Source: Haliotis rubra (Eukaryota). From it: a stretch of 64,000 nt of DNA. Below the pieces are notes generated by a model. It saw only the letters and a list, made by a program, of their open reading frames with translations, was not told where the DNA came from and searched no databases. A program made the translations under genes and the position numbers. The stretch is from NCBI RefSeq assembly GCF_003918875.1, contig NW_025766669.1:1674001-1738000 (forward strand), read 5' to 3'. Below, piece after piece: positions 27,452 to 39,358 of this stretch (position 1 is the first letter of the stretch; each line of letters starts with the position of its first letter).

Positions 27452-28918
27452 AATTCCTACACTCAATACCCACTTTGTATCCTTAACAGGCATATTATCA
27501 CGGTAGACAAACATAACAAAAATACCTTTCTAATAAGAGTTGTAGAGTTGGGGACACAGTATACCAGGTATATCGTGGCTTGTCAGCTTAATGTGGGGAA
27601 AAAAGTAGTCTTGATGCTTTACTTACCGATATGTCAGTGAAGTCATTCAAGACTTAGTGTCAATGTTAACACGGATTAAAAAAAATTAGATTATGAATTT
27701 AATTTGGCTTAATTTTTAAAGTAATGTTTAATAACCCCAAACATTTACAGATACACTGGTATAAGTAAGGTTACTTTACACCGGTGTGTCAATGCATGCC
27801 TAAAACGGGGCGGTGGAGTAGCCTAGTGGTTCAAGTGTTGGCTCGTCACGCCGAAGACCCGGGTTCGATTCCCCACATAGGTACAATGTGTGAAGCCCAT
27901 TTCTGGTGTCCCCCGCCGTGAAATTGCTCGATTATTACTAAAAGCGGCGTAAAACTAAACTCACTCACTCACACAAAGCCTTTTACCACATTGTAAGAGA
28001 ATTCGTACCCATTTGTTATAAAAGGATTTAAAAATATATTGTAAGGGATCTGGAATAATGGAAATAATATAATTTTACTTTTACAAAGTCCAAATGGTCA
28101 TCAGAGGTGTGCTACACCGCCGCCAGCGCGGATAATGTTAACATTATTTTAAGCATTCCGTCTTCCGGGTTAAGCCAATGCGTAGAAGAAAATGTTCAAA
28201 CATAATCAGGTTAACACGACCTAACACGTGACTGTCTCGAGTCGGCTTTCAGCAAGGTGAAGGTCATCGTTAAGCGCAATGTCAAGGCAGGCTTTCCGTT
28301 GGTATTCACGTTGGCGAAACCGGACCAAGACCAATCTGGTATAGCACATTCGCTTTAAACGGATGTCTGGGGGTGGGGTGGGTTTTTTTCACAACAACAG
28401 GATTGCACCATACATCACGTTGATAAATAAACTGTCTATGTCCGGACCGTGTTCTCGGGAAAATGAATGCCTCAGCCAATCGGATCAGTTTAACCACAGC
28501 AGGTTGATCAATGTAGATCTACAAACCGCAAGTGCACGTGTTTCAATAAAAGAAAAAAACGAGAAAGAAGTCCCAGCATCAATACGGTAGAAATCCGTCG
28601 TCCTATCGGACAAGGGAAGTTTCGAAACAACCAGACTGGGGATTTGGAAGACAAATGAGTTGATTTTGATCTGTTTCCGAGGACACAATGTAGCATTAAA
28701 TGCAGACACATGAACACTAAAGAACTCGCTACCAGGGACTCATGAACCAGGCTCCGCTGCATGGTATGTATGGCTGACTGGTTTGTTTGATTTGATAGTT
28801 TTGTTTGATATATATCGCCATTGTTGACTTGAGAGATATTTTGTAATTTTGCTAACTTTGAAGTGGAGGTTGTTTTTGACCATCATTTTGAAACATATCA
28901 TTATTCATAAGTATAATT

Positions 28919-29084
28919 GGGGCGGTGGGGTAGCCTAGTGGTTAAAGCGTTGGCTCGTCACGCCGAAGGCCCGGGTTCGAATCCCCACATGGGCACAATG
29001 TGTGAAGCCCATTTCTGGTGTCCCCCGCCGTGATATTGCTGGAATATTGCTAAAAACGGCGTAAAGCCATACTCACTCACTCAC
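28919..29084 (+). mobile_element. SINE family 1, full length with 14-bp TSD
   Basis: TSD TCATAAGTATAATT at 28905-28918 and 29085-29098. Confidence 0.95.
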
Positions 29085-31866
29085 TCATAAGTATAATTAG
29101 TTTGGTGGTTTTGTTGTTGTTTGCATTGTATGTTGTTTTACGCCGCACTCAGAAATATTCCAGCTATACGGCCGCGGTCTGTAAATGATCGAGTCTTTAC
29201 CAGACAATCCAGTGATCAACAGCATGAGCATCTATCTGTTTAATTAGTAGTAGTACAATCATCGTTGTCATCATCATCGTCGTATTTTGTTTATCTATTT
29301 TTATTGCTACGATCCGGTGTTTAAGTAAATAGTTGTCATGAGGATCGAGTGTTAAGTGTTACAACCTTTTCAGCTATGGACACTATCATAGAACTGACAC
29401 ACCTAACAATTTAAAACATCCAGTGACGTCATAAACGTTTTGGTTATTATGGTATGATAACTCCGTGTTGCTGGGCCCAGTCCAGCTATGCCTAATTATA
29501 GAACGATCTCCGTTGTCTGTGAAGTAGTCCAGCTATGCCTAATTATAGAACGATCTCCGTTGTCTGTGAAGTTAGTTTTCACAGAGCTATTGTCTAAATG
29601 TGACTCAAACGCTATTACTGTGATTGACAAATCCACAGGTACTCAACTGGAGTCTCAATATTGTAAGTGTCCATTTTTCTCTTCATGTTTGATAAACAAT
29701 AACTTTCTCTTATCAGTATGACAGTATGTGGAAAACAACACGATAAGGGTCCGTTCATAATTTATGGCTAGGAGCGGTGAAGTTGATGGTGAAGATGGGG
29801 TGGTTTGGGTGGGTGGGTGGTGTGTTCAACCATTTTGTACATTGATTTTGTGATATTGTACTTACTTTGTACTTCAAATTGGTGTGTGTGTGTGTGGTGT
29901 GTGTGTTCATTCACATTGTACATGCTACTCCAAAAAATCAGTCTTCATTAAAAAATCATACATTTTAGCATTGCATCAAGGGAAATGAATGTGGTTCAGG
30001 GACTGTGGGACTGTGGCACAGCCCATGCATCAGATGGAATTGAGCAGTGACTGAGTTAGTGGGGTTTAGTTTTACGCCGCTTTTAGCAATATTACAGCAA
30101 TATCACGGCTGGGAACACCAGAAATGGGCTTCATACATTGTACCTATGTGGGGAATCGGACCCGTTTCTTTGGCGTGACGAGCGAGCGCTTTAACAACTA
30201 GGCGACATTATAATTTCACAAGAGATTGCAGTGAGTTGTGTAAGGCAATCACTGTGCTCTTGACCAAAAACTTCTTACCACCCGCCAAACCACCATAATT
30301 GACTCTTTTGTTCATCATTAAATATCATTTTTGTAATCATTTGTTATTACACAGAGTATATTTGTTAATTACATTAAGAGCCATTGATATAAACATACAT
30401 TTCACTGTGTTTGTTTAATTTTGACTGTGTGTGGTTTCATTTTGGACTTATTTTCTAAAAACTCCCTCTATATCAACATTTTTCACCGGTCCCGAGCGAT
30501 ATCGGTTTAGAGGGAGTCCACTGTACATATTGTGTTCTAGGAAATCTGACCCTCAGGCGCAACTTTTCCTACGATTCTAATGCATCAATGCATTACACGC
30601 ACACGTATATTATTCATGAAACTGATGAATTTGAAGAAGTCCTTTCGATTGCATAGATAGATATTGGGTGCCTACATGCACCACATATATACGCTATACT
30701 TTTCGATGTGTTATATGATAGGTATTTACACGAGCGAGTGAGTGAGTGAGTATAGTTTTACGCCACTTTTATCAATATTCCTGCAATATCACGGCGAGGG
30801 ACACCAAAAATTGGTTTCACACATTGTACCCTTGTGGGGAATCGAACCCGGGTCTTTGGCGTGATGAGCGAACGCTTTAACCACTAGGCTACCCCACTGC
30901 CCATTATTTACACGACTTAACTTGAGACATGTTTTTTTATATAGATACATTTTGTGAGATGATCCAGTATGATTAGTAGTTACAGAATGTATTATGTGCC
31001 CATCATATGATGGCTCTCTGAAACCATATGCAACTGAAACCATTGAGAACTTTCCCTCCCACAAGAGTCTAATTTGATTGGTCGGGTATTTTTAGCGCCG
31101 CGTCATTAAATGGAGCCGTTACATTGTTATGTATTACAACAGGATGGAGACGCAATAATCGCGACTGATTGTTTTAACAACCCGGGTTGTTTTCATGGAA
31201 ATGTGTCTTGAAACGTTCCTAGCCGGTTCTAAATTATGCCAATCACTGGACATAAAATGCATGAAATTATCATGGTATACTATGAATTTGTCTAACGGAA
31301 ATGTCAAATGTTAAGTGTCCAGATTCCCTCAGATCACGATATCTAAATGTTATCCCTCTGTGGAGCAGATAACCCAAGAAGCCTGTGATGTGCTGTGTAA
31401 GCCTGCGAAGTTGGTTATCACAGAATTCAGGGGCAGATCCAGCTTTTGGAAAAGGGGCGCGGGTTGGCAGGTCGGTCGGGGGTGTTGCACAGGTTATTAA
31501 CACCCGCTTTCACGACAGTTCCCATTGTTTTTTAANNNNNNNNNNNNNNNNNNNNNNNNNNNNNNNNNNNNNNNNNNNNNNNNNNNNNNNNNNNNNNNNN
31601 NNNNNNNNNNNNNNNNNNNNNNNNNNNNNNNNNNNNNNNNNNNNNNNNNNNNNNNNNNNNNNNNNNNNNNNNNNNNNNNNNNNNNNNNNNNNNNNNNNNN
31701 NNNNNNNNNNNNNNNNNNNNNNNNNNNNNNNNNNNNNNNAATGTTTAAATCTGCCTCGCACGACATAGTTTCAATGTCAAATCGACACTTAGATTACTGG
31801 AGTCATATCATTAAGTCCTCATTTTCTTTTCACGTTAATTCAAAAAGTAATTTCTTATTATTACAG

Positions 31867-34800
31867 GTTGACAGCATGGCCTGGATGTACACGAGTTGGT
31901 TTGCACTGATCGGAGCCTGTCTATCAACAGTTGGGCTAGTCGGATTGGGAGCGATGTTAGCGCTATGGACCTGCTCTCATATCACGCAGGTAGGTCAGTT
32001 TTATAGGCAACAGTGAGCAGGTGGGGCTACAGTGAGCGAGTGAGTATGGTTTTGCGCCGCTTTTAGCAATATTCCAGCAATATTACGGCGGGCGACACCA
32101 GAAATGGGCTTCACACGTTGTACCCGTATGGGGAATCGAACCGTGTCTTCAGCTTGACGAGCGAACACTTTCACGACTAGGCTACCCAACCGCCTCTGTT
32201 GGGCAGCAGTCCTCGATGGTGGGGTTCAGTGGGATGGTATCTGGTAGAGAGTTACATATTTTATCCAACATAACTGAGAGAGTAAATGTTGCTTTAAGCC
32301 GCACCAGCAATGTTGCAGGTTTTCGCGGTATCACCATAATTATTATTTGTTATTTGTCTTTGATAAATTTGAAAAAAAGAAAAACATTTAATTTTTTTAG
32401 AAATACAAAAAAACCCATCTTAATGAAGTCTGCAAGTAAATCACAGGCGCATCAGACATTCAGTCAAACAAGCGGTTGATTATTTTTCTAAAACAATTTA
32501 CGCTCAATTTCTTCACACACATTAGATATGAATAAAGAAGAATTTCAATATTGCTGTTTCAGAGGTTATCAATGCGATCTACTTGGAGCAAGCTGTATAC
32601 CAGTAAGTCTTAATGGGAAAACTCCAGTGTTATCAGTGTCACAGCTCCCGCAGGCCTGTTAAGTGATAGGCGATAAGTCGGTCTTAGGGTTAACATAGCT
32701 TTGGGTAACCGAACCTCAGCAACAGGTGCTAGTCGTGGTGTCCTAAAGCACAAAGTCATAATGAAATATATTTCATATGACGTTTGTCTACTTTTTATCA
32801 TTTAATCCTTTTTTTAATTTGTGATACGCGTTCATAATAGCAACAGTTAACAATTTTAAGAAATGTATATAACATTATCAGCTTTTGATAAGGATATATT
32901 ATTTTAATTGTCCGGTTTAGGGCTGAACGAGGTCGATTGTTCGGATGTGTTGTCATACCAATAGTATATGATATTGTAGCGGAACTGAATCATGTTTCCT
33001 TTTAATTCAACAAATACGAAATCATATTCAAGTTTATCTACCGCGGGTAAAATATTCTCAAAGTGATGTGTATGTACTTTTCTGTTCACAGAGCATAGGC
33101 GAACTGTAATTTACGTTTCTCGACTACGGTGCCAGGTCTCTGACGTAAATGTTCTGTGTTGTAGGCAGGTCAGACCTCGGACAGTCCGGCCCAACCTCGG
33201 TCACCAAAGAAGACATCTGCCGTGTGGACGTGGACGTGGACGTGGACGTGGACGTGGACGTGGACGACAATGGCTTGATCACGGAAGAACTGGTACAAAA
33301 CATTTCACATTGCTAAAATCTTCATGATTCAAGTGCATCTTTTATAATAAATATTGGGACGTGAGTGAGTATGGTTTTACGCCGCTTTTCCAGCAATATC
33401 ACGCGCGGTTGACACCAGAAATGGGCTTGGGACGTGGGTTAGACTAGTGGTTAAAGGCCTCCGCCAGTCAAGCCTAAGGTTTGGGTTCGCTTCCCCGCAT
33501 TGGTACATTGTGTGAGTGAGTGAGTTGGGTTTTGCGCCGCTTTTAGCAATATTCCAGTAATATCACGGCGGGGGACACCTGAAATGGGTGTCACATATTG
33601 TACCCATGTGGGGAACCCGGGGCCTTCGGCGTGACGAGCGAACGCTTTAATCACTAGGTTATCCCGCCGCCCTGTACAATGTGTGAAGCCTTGGCTGTTT
33701 GTGTCCCCCGCTGTGACATTGCTGGAATATTGATGAAAGCGGCGTAAACGCATATTCATTCACCGCTGTAGTGGCTACAGATGGTTTTGCAACTGATGAA
33801 CGGTATATCAGAGAGTATACACGATACTCCACCCTCTCAGCATTAGCAAAGGTAGTTTTCACACATTTTGCCAGCCACATCTGAATTGCGTTATATTTCT
33901 ACGAATCACTGGGGCTGTTCCAAGCGCTAAAATGAAGTGAGTGAGGGGGTGAATGGTTATGGTTTACGCAGCTTTAAGCAATCCTTCAGCAAAACTACTA
34001 CAGGACCATTCCGAAGAATATGTCAGCTACCTGTTCGAGTCTAACACTTCAAATTCTGAGATTGTAGTCATGTTCTGTTTTGAACATTCTGAATTGATGA
34101 TGTCTTTAAAATCCATGCATGTTCCATATACAGTGTCCTGCGACCGTGACAGCTGGTGTTGGCACCCTCCGACAGGTGGCAGTCTCTAGTCTCCACGACC
34201 TACTCCTCGGCCTTGCCACGCTCCGACCCCCGGGGAAAGAAAGGGAGAATTCAACGCCACCCTCATCTACTCCCATCGAGGACACGGACAGGGATGTCGG
34301 TCCCCACACCCAGGAAAATGTATCGATGCCACGCCCGAACACAGAGAGGCGTATGTCACTCCTCAACAGACACCTACCGGTTTGTGAGACGCTGGACGGA
34401 GAATACGTACCACTCTCAGACATACCAACCTACATGGTAACTAGTACTGAAACGATGAGCAATCCTGTTGCACCTATGATGTCGGCAGATGTTGCGAAAC
34501 CTGCACTCTCTGCAGCGTTGTCTCCTCCTTCACGCATGGACAATCACTCCGCCCACGTCAACACGACCACATCTGCAGACACGGACGCCTTCAGGGCATA
34601 CGTGAATCGTCAGGTCGAGGCCATCTTCCCCAAGGACAGCATGCGGCGCGAGACCTTCTTATCCATCGTTGAGGAGATCCTGTTCGCCTCCACTGCCCAG
34701 CTCGTAACAGACGCCGTCTTCAGGGCGTTCAGGGTCACCCTGGGAGTAATGCGTCATTGGGAACTCGAGCATGCACTTGTGGGTGCCTTTCCAAGAGAGG

Positions 34801-36974
34801 CTCAAGGCGAGATCACATACCAGGTTAGAAAATCGTATTATGACATACACAAATCCCACAGGAGTGTAAAGAACCGGAATTCGCTATGTTTGCGTTCCAA
34901 AATCGTATGATAATTGGTTCGAATCCCGGTTAAAACTGATAATGTCTATGGGATCGTTAGCTTGTGACCGTGGGTTTCACTAAAGAGCTAAGCGTCTAGT
35001 CTTAGAACTGCGTCACTAAGCATCAAGGGGCGGTGGGGTAGCCCAGTGGTTAAAGCGTTCGCTTGTCACACTGAAGGCCCGTGTTCTATTCCCTACAAGG
35101 GTACTCTGTGTGAAGCCTATTTCTGGTGTCCCCCGCCGTGATATTGCTGGAATATTGCTGAAAACGGCGTAAAAACCAACTCACTCACTCACTAAGCATC
35201 AAAGCGCTAAAAGTGTAAGACTTGCATCACTGCGCTGCTCCATCAACACCCATACTAGTATACGACAATAAAGGTTATACCTTACCTAAATCGGATCAAA
35301 TTTTTGAGGAGGAAATCAGAAACTGGTATTTATCTTCATGTTACGCCGCCTTTAGCAATATTCCAGCAAGATCATGAGGAAGAACACCAGAAGTGGGGAT
35401 TTGAACCCGGATTTACGGTGTGACGAACGAACACTTCAACTACGAGGCTACCACACCGTCCTATATCTGTGTTTTAAACATCATATCTATTGCTGACTTT
35501 GGTCCATTTTCAGGTCCAGTTTGTCTTGAATACCGTCACTTTCACATGGGACAAACACAAGTATGGGTCAGATTTGATACAGACGATGTCACAGATAGCC
35601 CACCATCTCCGGGAACAGGAACGGCAACCGACGTGCTCAGAATACCTGGCCTACCAGCTGGCATACTACAAGCTGTCCAAGGGACATCGTTTGGACTTGT
35701 CCGCGCACATGCCTATAGGATCCCCCGGATTCCGCCCACACACGCAAACATACATGTCCTTCACAGATCCAGGCGATGGACACGTGTTGGGTACAACTCG
35801 TTGTATGAACTGGATGCAGGGCGCGGTCATCAACGTGGATACCCAGAGTCACCAGCCAGAGGAACACCCTGCTGATAAACGACCATCTTTGTTAGATCTG
35901 TCCAAGGTGCGCCTCCACACAGGATCAGCAGCGCCAACCTCCACATCTGTGGGAACAGCGGTTCTCTCTGAATATGGTGGATTTGATGAACAGTTTGGGG
36001 AGATAGTTTATGTGGTATCCTCTGAAGCCACAGCGGCCTTCCATCGGGGAGCTGCCGAGTACAAGGTGACCATGGACGGACTCAGTACAAGCCAGGTTGT
36101 GAGGTACATGAGAGCTCTAACTTCTAACGTCAGCCGTGAACGCTTCAGTCAGCTTCTTTCCGCTGCGTGGACTCTCAACCAGATCGTTTTTGACGACTAT
36201 GAGCGAGAAAAACCAATGCATCTTGTCAGCAACAGCGATATAGCAATGAGAATTCTTGAGATAACCTCAATGGGTGGTTTCGATGCTGTGTGCCTCACGG
36301 GAGGAAGTGGTGACAGTATTTCAAAGGACATGTTGGGATTTGAAGAAGCTCTTGTCTTCAATCACCGGGCTCACATGCTCGGTCTGGTCACACACGTATC
36401 TGGTATCAAGTTCGACAAAATCAGACAGGCTGTGTTTGCCGGAGTAGACATTATCGGCATAGCGGGAGGAACAGCGTTGAGGTTCATGGACAGTGAGAGC
36501 GGCATTCTCGGACCTCACATGGAGGACGTCCAGAGGATCCTGCAGAGCAGAGACGACGCTGCCAAGTCTGTCCGCGGAAGAGGCGCGCACCTCCTGGTCA
36601 GACTGGACACCATGCTCTTCGAGGGAACCATTAGCCAACAACAGAACATTCTCAGAGAACAGTTATTAAAAGCTCTAAAGTCGAAGCGCAAAGCCGAAAT
36701 AGAAAACCTACTTAATGAACTCCATGTCGTCTGCTGTGAAGCTACTACTTCCCGCCACGTTGTGGAGGGTACTGCAGGTCGTCTGTGCCGCGCTACGGCG
36801 CCATTGCTGCAACAATGCGCAGACAGTGCAACCGAGTGGCGGATGTTCATTGCCCGTCTCAGGCTGCTTCTACATGCAAAAGACAATCTTTATTTAGTAG
36901 AGGAATACGAGAGCGAGCCGTGGCTGACTTATCGACGGAAATACACTGACCAGCTTAAAGCAATGGTACTGTAG
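31867..36974 (+). CDS. Gene B: uncharacterised single-pass membrane protein with predicted cytosolic MfnB/DUF556-like TIM barrel, paralogue of gene A
   Basis: Exons 31867-31989 (VDSMAWMYTSWFALIGACLSTVGLVGLGAMLALWTCSHITQ, TM), 32563-32602, 33165-33292, 34134-34823, 35514-36974 (TAG). All are GT-AG and in frame, and phases 0/1/0 match gene A. About 813 aa. The start is uncertain: ATG 31876, an ATG|GT at 28761-28765, or an exon in the N-gap. Confidence 0.87.
34134..34823 (+). CDS. Gene B exon (230 codons) with S/T/P-rich insertion
   Basis: Part of ORF 34119-34910 between the acceptor catatacag and the donor CAG|GTTAG. GVGTLRQ and IFP..S...ETF blocks match gene A. Confidence 0.88.
35027..35188 (+). 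mobile_element. SINE family 1, full length with 14-bp TSD, in gene B intron
   Basis: TSD TCACTAAGCATCAA at 35013-35026 and 35189-35202. Confidence 0.95.
35514..36974 (+). CDS. Gene B terminal exon (486 aa) carrying the TIM-barrel-like domain
   Basis: Long ORF 35490-36974 with acceptor ccattttcag. Contains GAAEYKVTMDG, GGFDAVCL, AHMLGLVT and AGVDIIGIAGG beta/alpha motifs. Confidence 0.92.
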   Translation, partial: VQFVLNTVTFTWDKHKYGSDLIQTMSQIAHHLREQERQPTCSEYLAYQLAYYKLSKGHRLDLSAHMPIGSPGFRPHTQTYMSFTDPGDGHVLGTTRCMNWMQGAVINVDTQSHQPEEHPADKRPSLLDLSKVRLHTGSAAPTSTSVGTAVLSEYGGFDEQFGEIVYVVSSEATAAFHRGAAEYKVTMDGLSTSQVVRYMRALTSNVSRERFSQLLSAAWTLNQIVFDDYEREKPMHLVSNSDIAMRILEITSMGGFDAVCLTGGSGDSISKDMLGFEEALVFNHRAHMLGLVTHVSGIKFDKIRQAVFAGVDIIGIAGGTALRFMDSESGILGPHMEDVQRILQSRDDAAKSVRGRGAHLLVRLDTMLFEGTISQQQNILREQLLKALKSKRKAEIENLLNELHVVCCEATTSRHVVEGTAGRLCRATAPLLQQCADSATEWRMFIARLRLLLHAKDNLYLVEEYESEPWLTYRRKYTDQLKAMVL

Positions 36975-37004
36975 GTTGTAGTTCCCGCGCCTGAACGCTC
37001 ATAA

Positions 37005-37300
37005 CTTCATCATCATCGTCCGCAGCACAGGACTTGTGCTGCTACATCATCATCATAATCTTCATCGTCGGTATTGCACGTACAGCATCGCCAAGACTTT
37101 GTGCTCGCTCCATCAACACCATTTCATCGTCATAATCCTCATCAGCGATAGTGCTGCATACATCAGCATCATCATCATCATCATCATCATCATTAGTGCT
37201 GCATACACATCAGCTCCATCATAATCATCATAATCCTCATCAACGGTAGTGCTGCATACACATCAGCTCCATCATCATCATCATCATAATCTTCATCGTC
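37005..37300 (+). repeat. (CAT)n-rich degenerate repeat in the presumed 3' UTR of gene B
   Basis: catcatcat tracts with a repeated agtgctgcatac unit. Confidence 0.8.
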
Positions 37301-39358
37301 GGTAGGTCCCACACATCCGCGCCATGTGCCAGTTACTGAGATTTACCACAAAACGTCTTGCAATGGTCGCGTTAGTCACAGGAACACGGGTAACCGTCAG
37401 TATTATTAATATTCAGCTTTAGCTTATTTCGTTTAGTGATCTATGTTACATATCCCTTATTCATGTGCTAGTCAAGTAAATAGATGGCCAGTCGGCTCTC
37501 GGGTTGATCTTGGGTATTAATCCAGCCCGCATTTTCAACCCATTCTGAAGGAATGACGTTAGGGGCCGGCCTTTTGATTAGGAGTGCGTGTTTGAGGGTG
37601 AGCCGCCAGACATTATGGTCACTAATCAATAGGAGTGTCTAAGGAGGGTGATACAATATACACATTTTGGGTGGAAAGACATTTTAGAATAAAATATAAG
37701 ATGTTTACAGTCTTTTCGGGGCGGGATCTCCAAATTATGACACGAATAAGGAGAGGAACAATTTAAATCAGCATGTTAGTGAGTGAAAACCTGAGGCCCC
37801 ACCCATCCCGGTACACTAGACGGATGCCTCTAGACACGTTATACGTGAAGCTGCGTTATACAAATATTCGTCTTAATTGCCCACAGTGAATTCATCACAT
37901 TTATCTACCTCAGTGTTCATTGCAACCCAACGAAACAACCACAAGTTCGGTCTTTCCAACAATGTGTGAAGCCCATTTCTGTTGTCCTGTGATATTGCTG
38001 GAATATTGCTACAGGCGGCGTAAAATTATACTCACTCGGTCTTTCCAAAGTGTTGGGCGCTTTGTGTAAATTGATACGTCAGCATTCTACGTTTCTGTCG
38101 CCTCGTATTGCTAGTCTAGTGAAATATTGTCATGGATGCTGGTATCCGTATTTAACCATTACTGCCTGTCATCTGACGAATAGATTGTGTTGCTAGTTTA
38201 TAACAATAGAGTTAATGAATCCTGTCCTATAGCTCCGGACGACACGAGTCATTAGAGGAAAAGGCGCCATCCTATATACATGTATACATCATACCCAGGA
38301 CGAATGTCCCCGACTGATAGCTATAACCATGGTCCATGTAAATAATATCGCTTTATTTTTTAAGAATTAGAAAATATAGGTGCATGCAGGTTTAAGTGTG
38401 CCTGCTTGTAATATACTACCCATCAACAATTTATACTCACTAGTGTAAATGTAGCCACTTACTTCAGTCAACTGATCTAAGCTAGATTTTGCAAAATATT
38501 CCATAGTCTTTAAAGGTGCTGTTTACACGTGAACTGATGTATTGTAAAACAAATTTGAGTTCAATAAATGATGAAACACAGCGAATTCTAACAAAACTTT
38601 ACACCAAAACGCAGCTGTCCCCATGCACGCTATTTGCACATGCTTTTCAACAATTTGATGCTAGATCCTCATGCAAGTCATCTCTCCTCTCAATTCTGCA
38701 TAAGGTTTGCAGTTGGTTCCCCAAGTTAGTGGAGAAATTCATCTTCGATGTAACCATGTATATATATATATATATATATATAGATACACACACACACATA
38801 GTGAGTGCTTTGAGTGAGTCTAAACTTTTGATGGGTAGTATATATAGTTCGTGGGAAGCCGGTTTTATAGAGTTTGTCAAGGAAGAAACAATACCGCGGG
38901 GTAACATGAGACAAATTATACAAACGAAGATGACTAGACCCTATGTTATACCTCTAACGCTGAGCCAGGTGCTATTTGTGATATGGTGCCTGCGGTGATT
39001 AAACCACAGACTTCAGCTCTCCAAGCAGTCGCTCGATCCGCTAGGCCACAAGGGCGACCAGAGAGGAAATGTCCCCCACGTCAGCTGGGTACTTTATTTG
39101 TACATCTACCACATGTAACCACGAGACTTCTTGTCATGACTTCCGGAAGAAGAGCTAAGGGTTTGCATCTGTTATTGCAAGCACTTGACACTTTGTTTTA
39201 AGTTATTTATTGTACCGTCGCCTTATTGCTTTCTGTTCTTCTGTTACAATAATATAGTTGCTAAAAACTCTGGTGTCTTTTGTCTTGATTTTAGCCAATC
39301 AGAACAAAGTTTCTCCCTTGACACAAACGTTCTTGGTTGGTTTGTTTAACCCCGCATT

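Noticed and set aside
28681-28763. Signal-peptide exon for gene B
   Set aside because: All three frames contain stops. At most it is a 5' UTR exon ending in ATG|GT, so it was not included in the CDS call.
35514-36974. Bacterial contamination as the source of the enzyme-like ORF
   Set aside because: It is embedded among spliceosomal introns and host SINEs, has a spliced paralogue, and is contiguous with MCM5.
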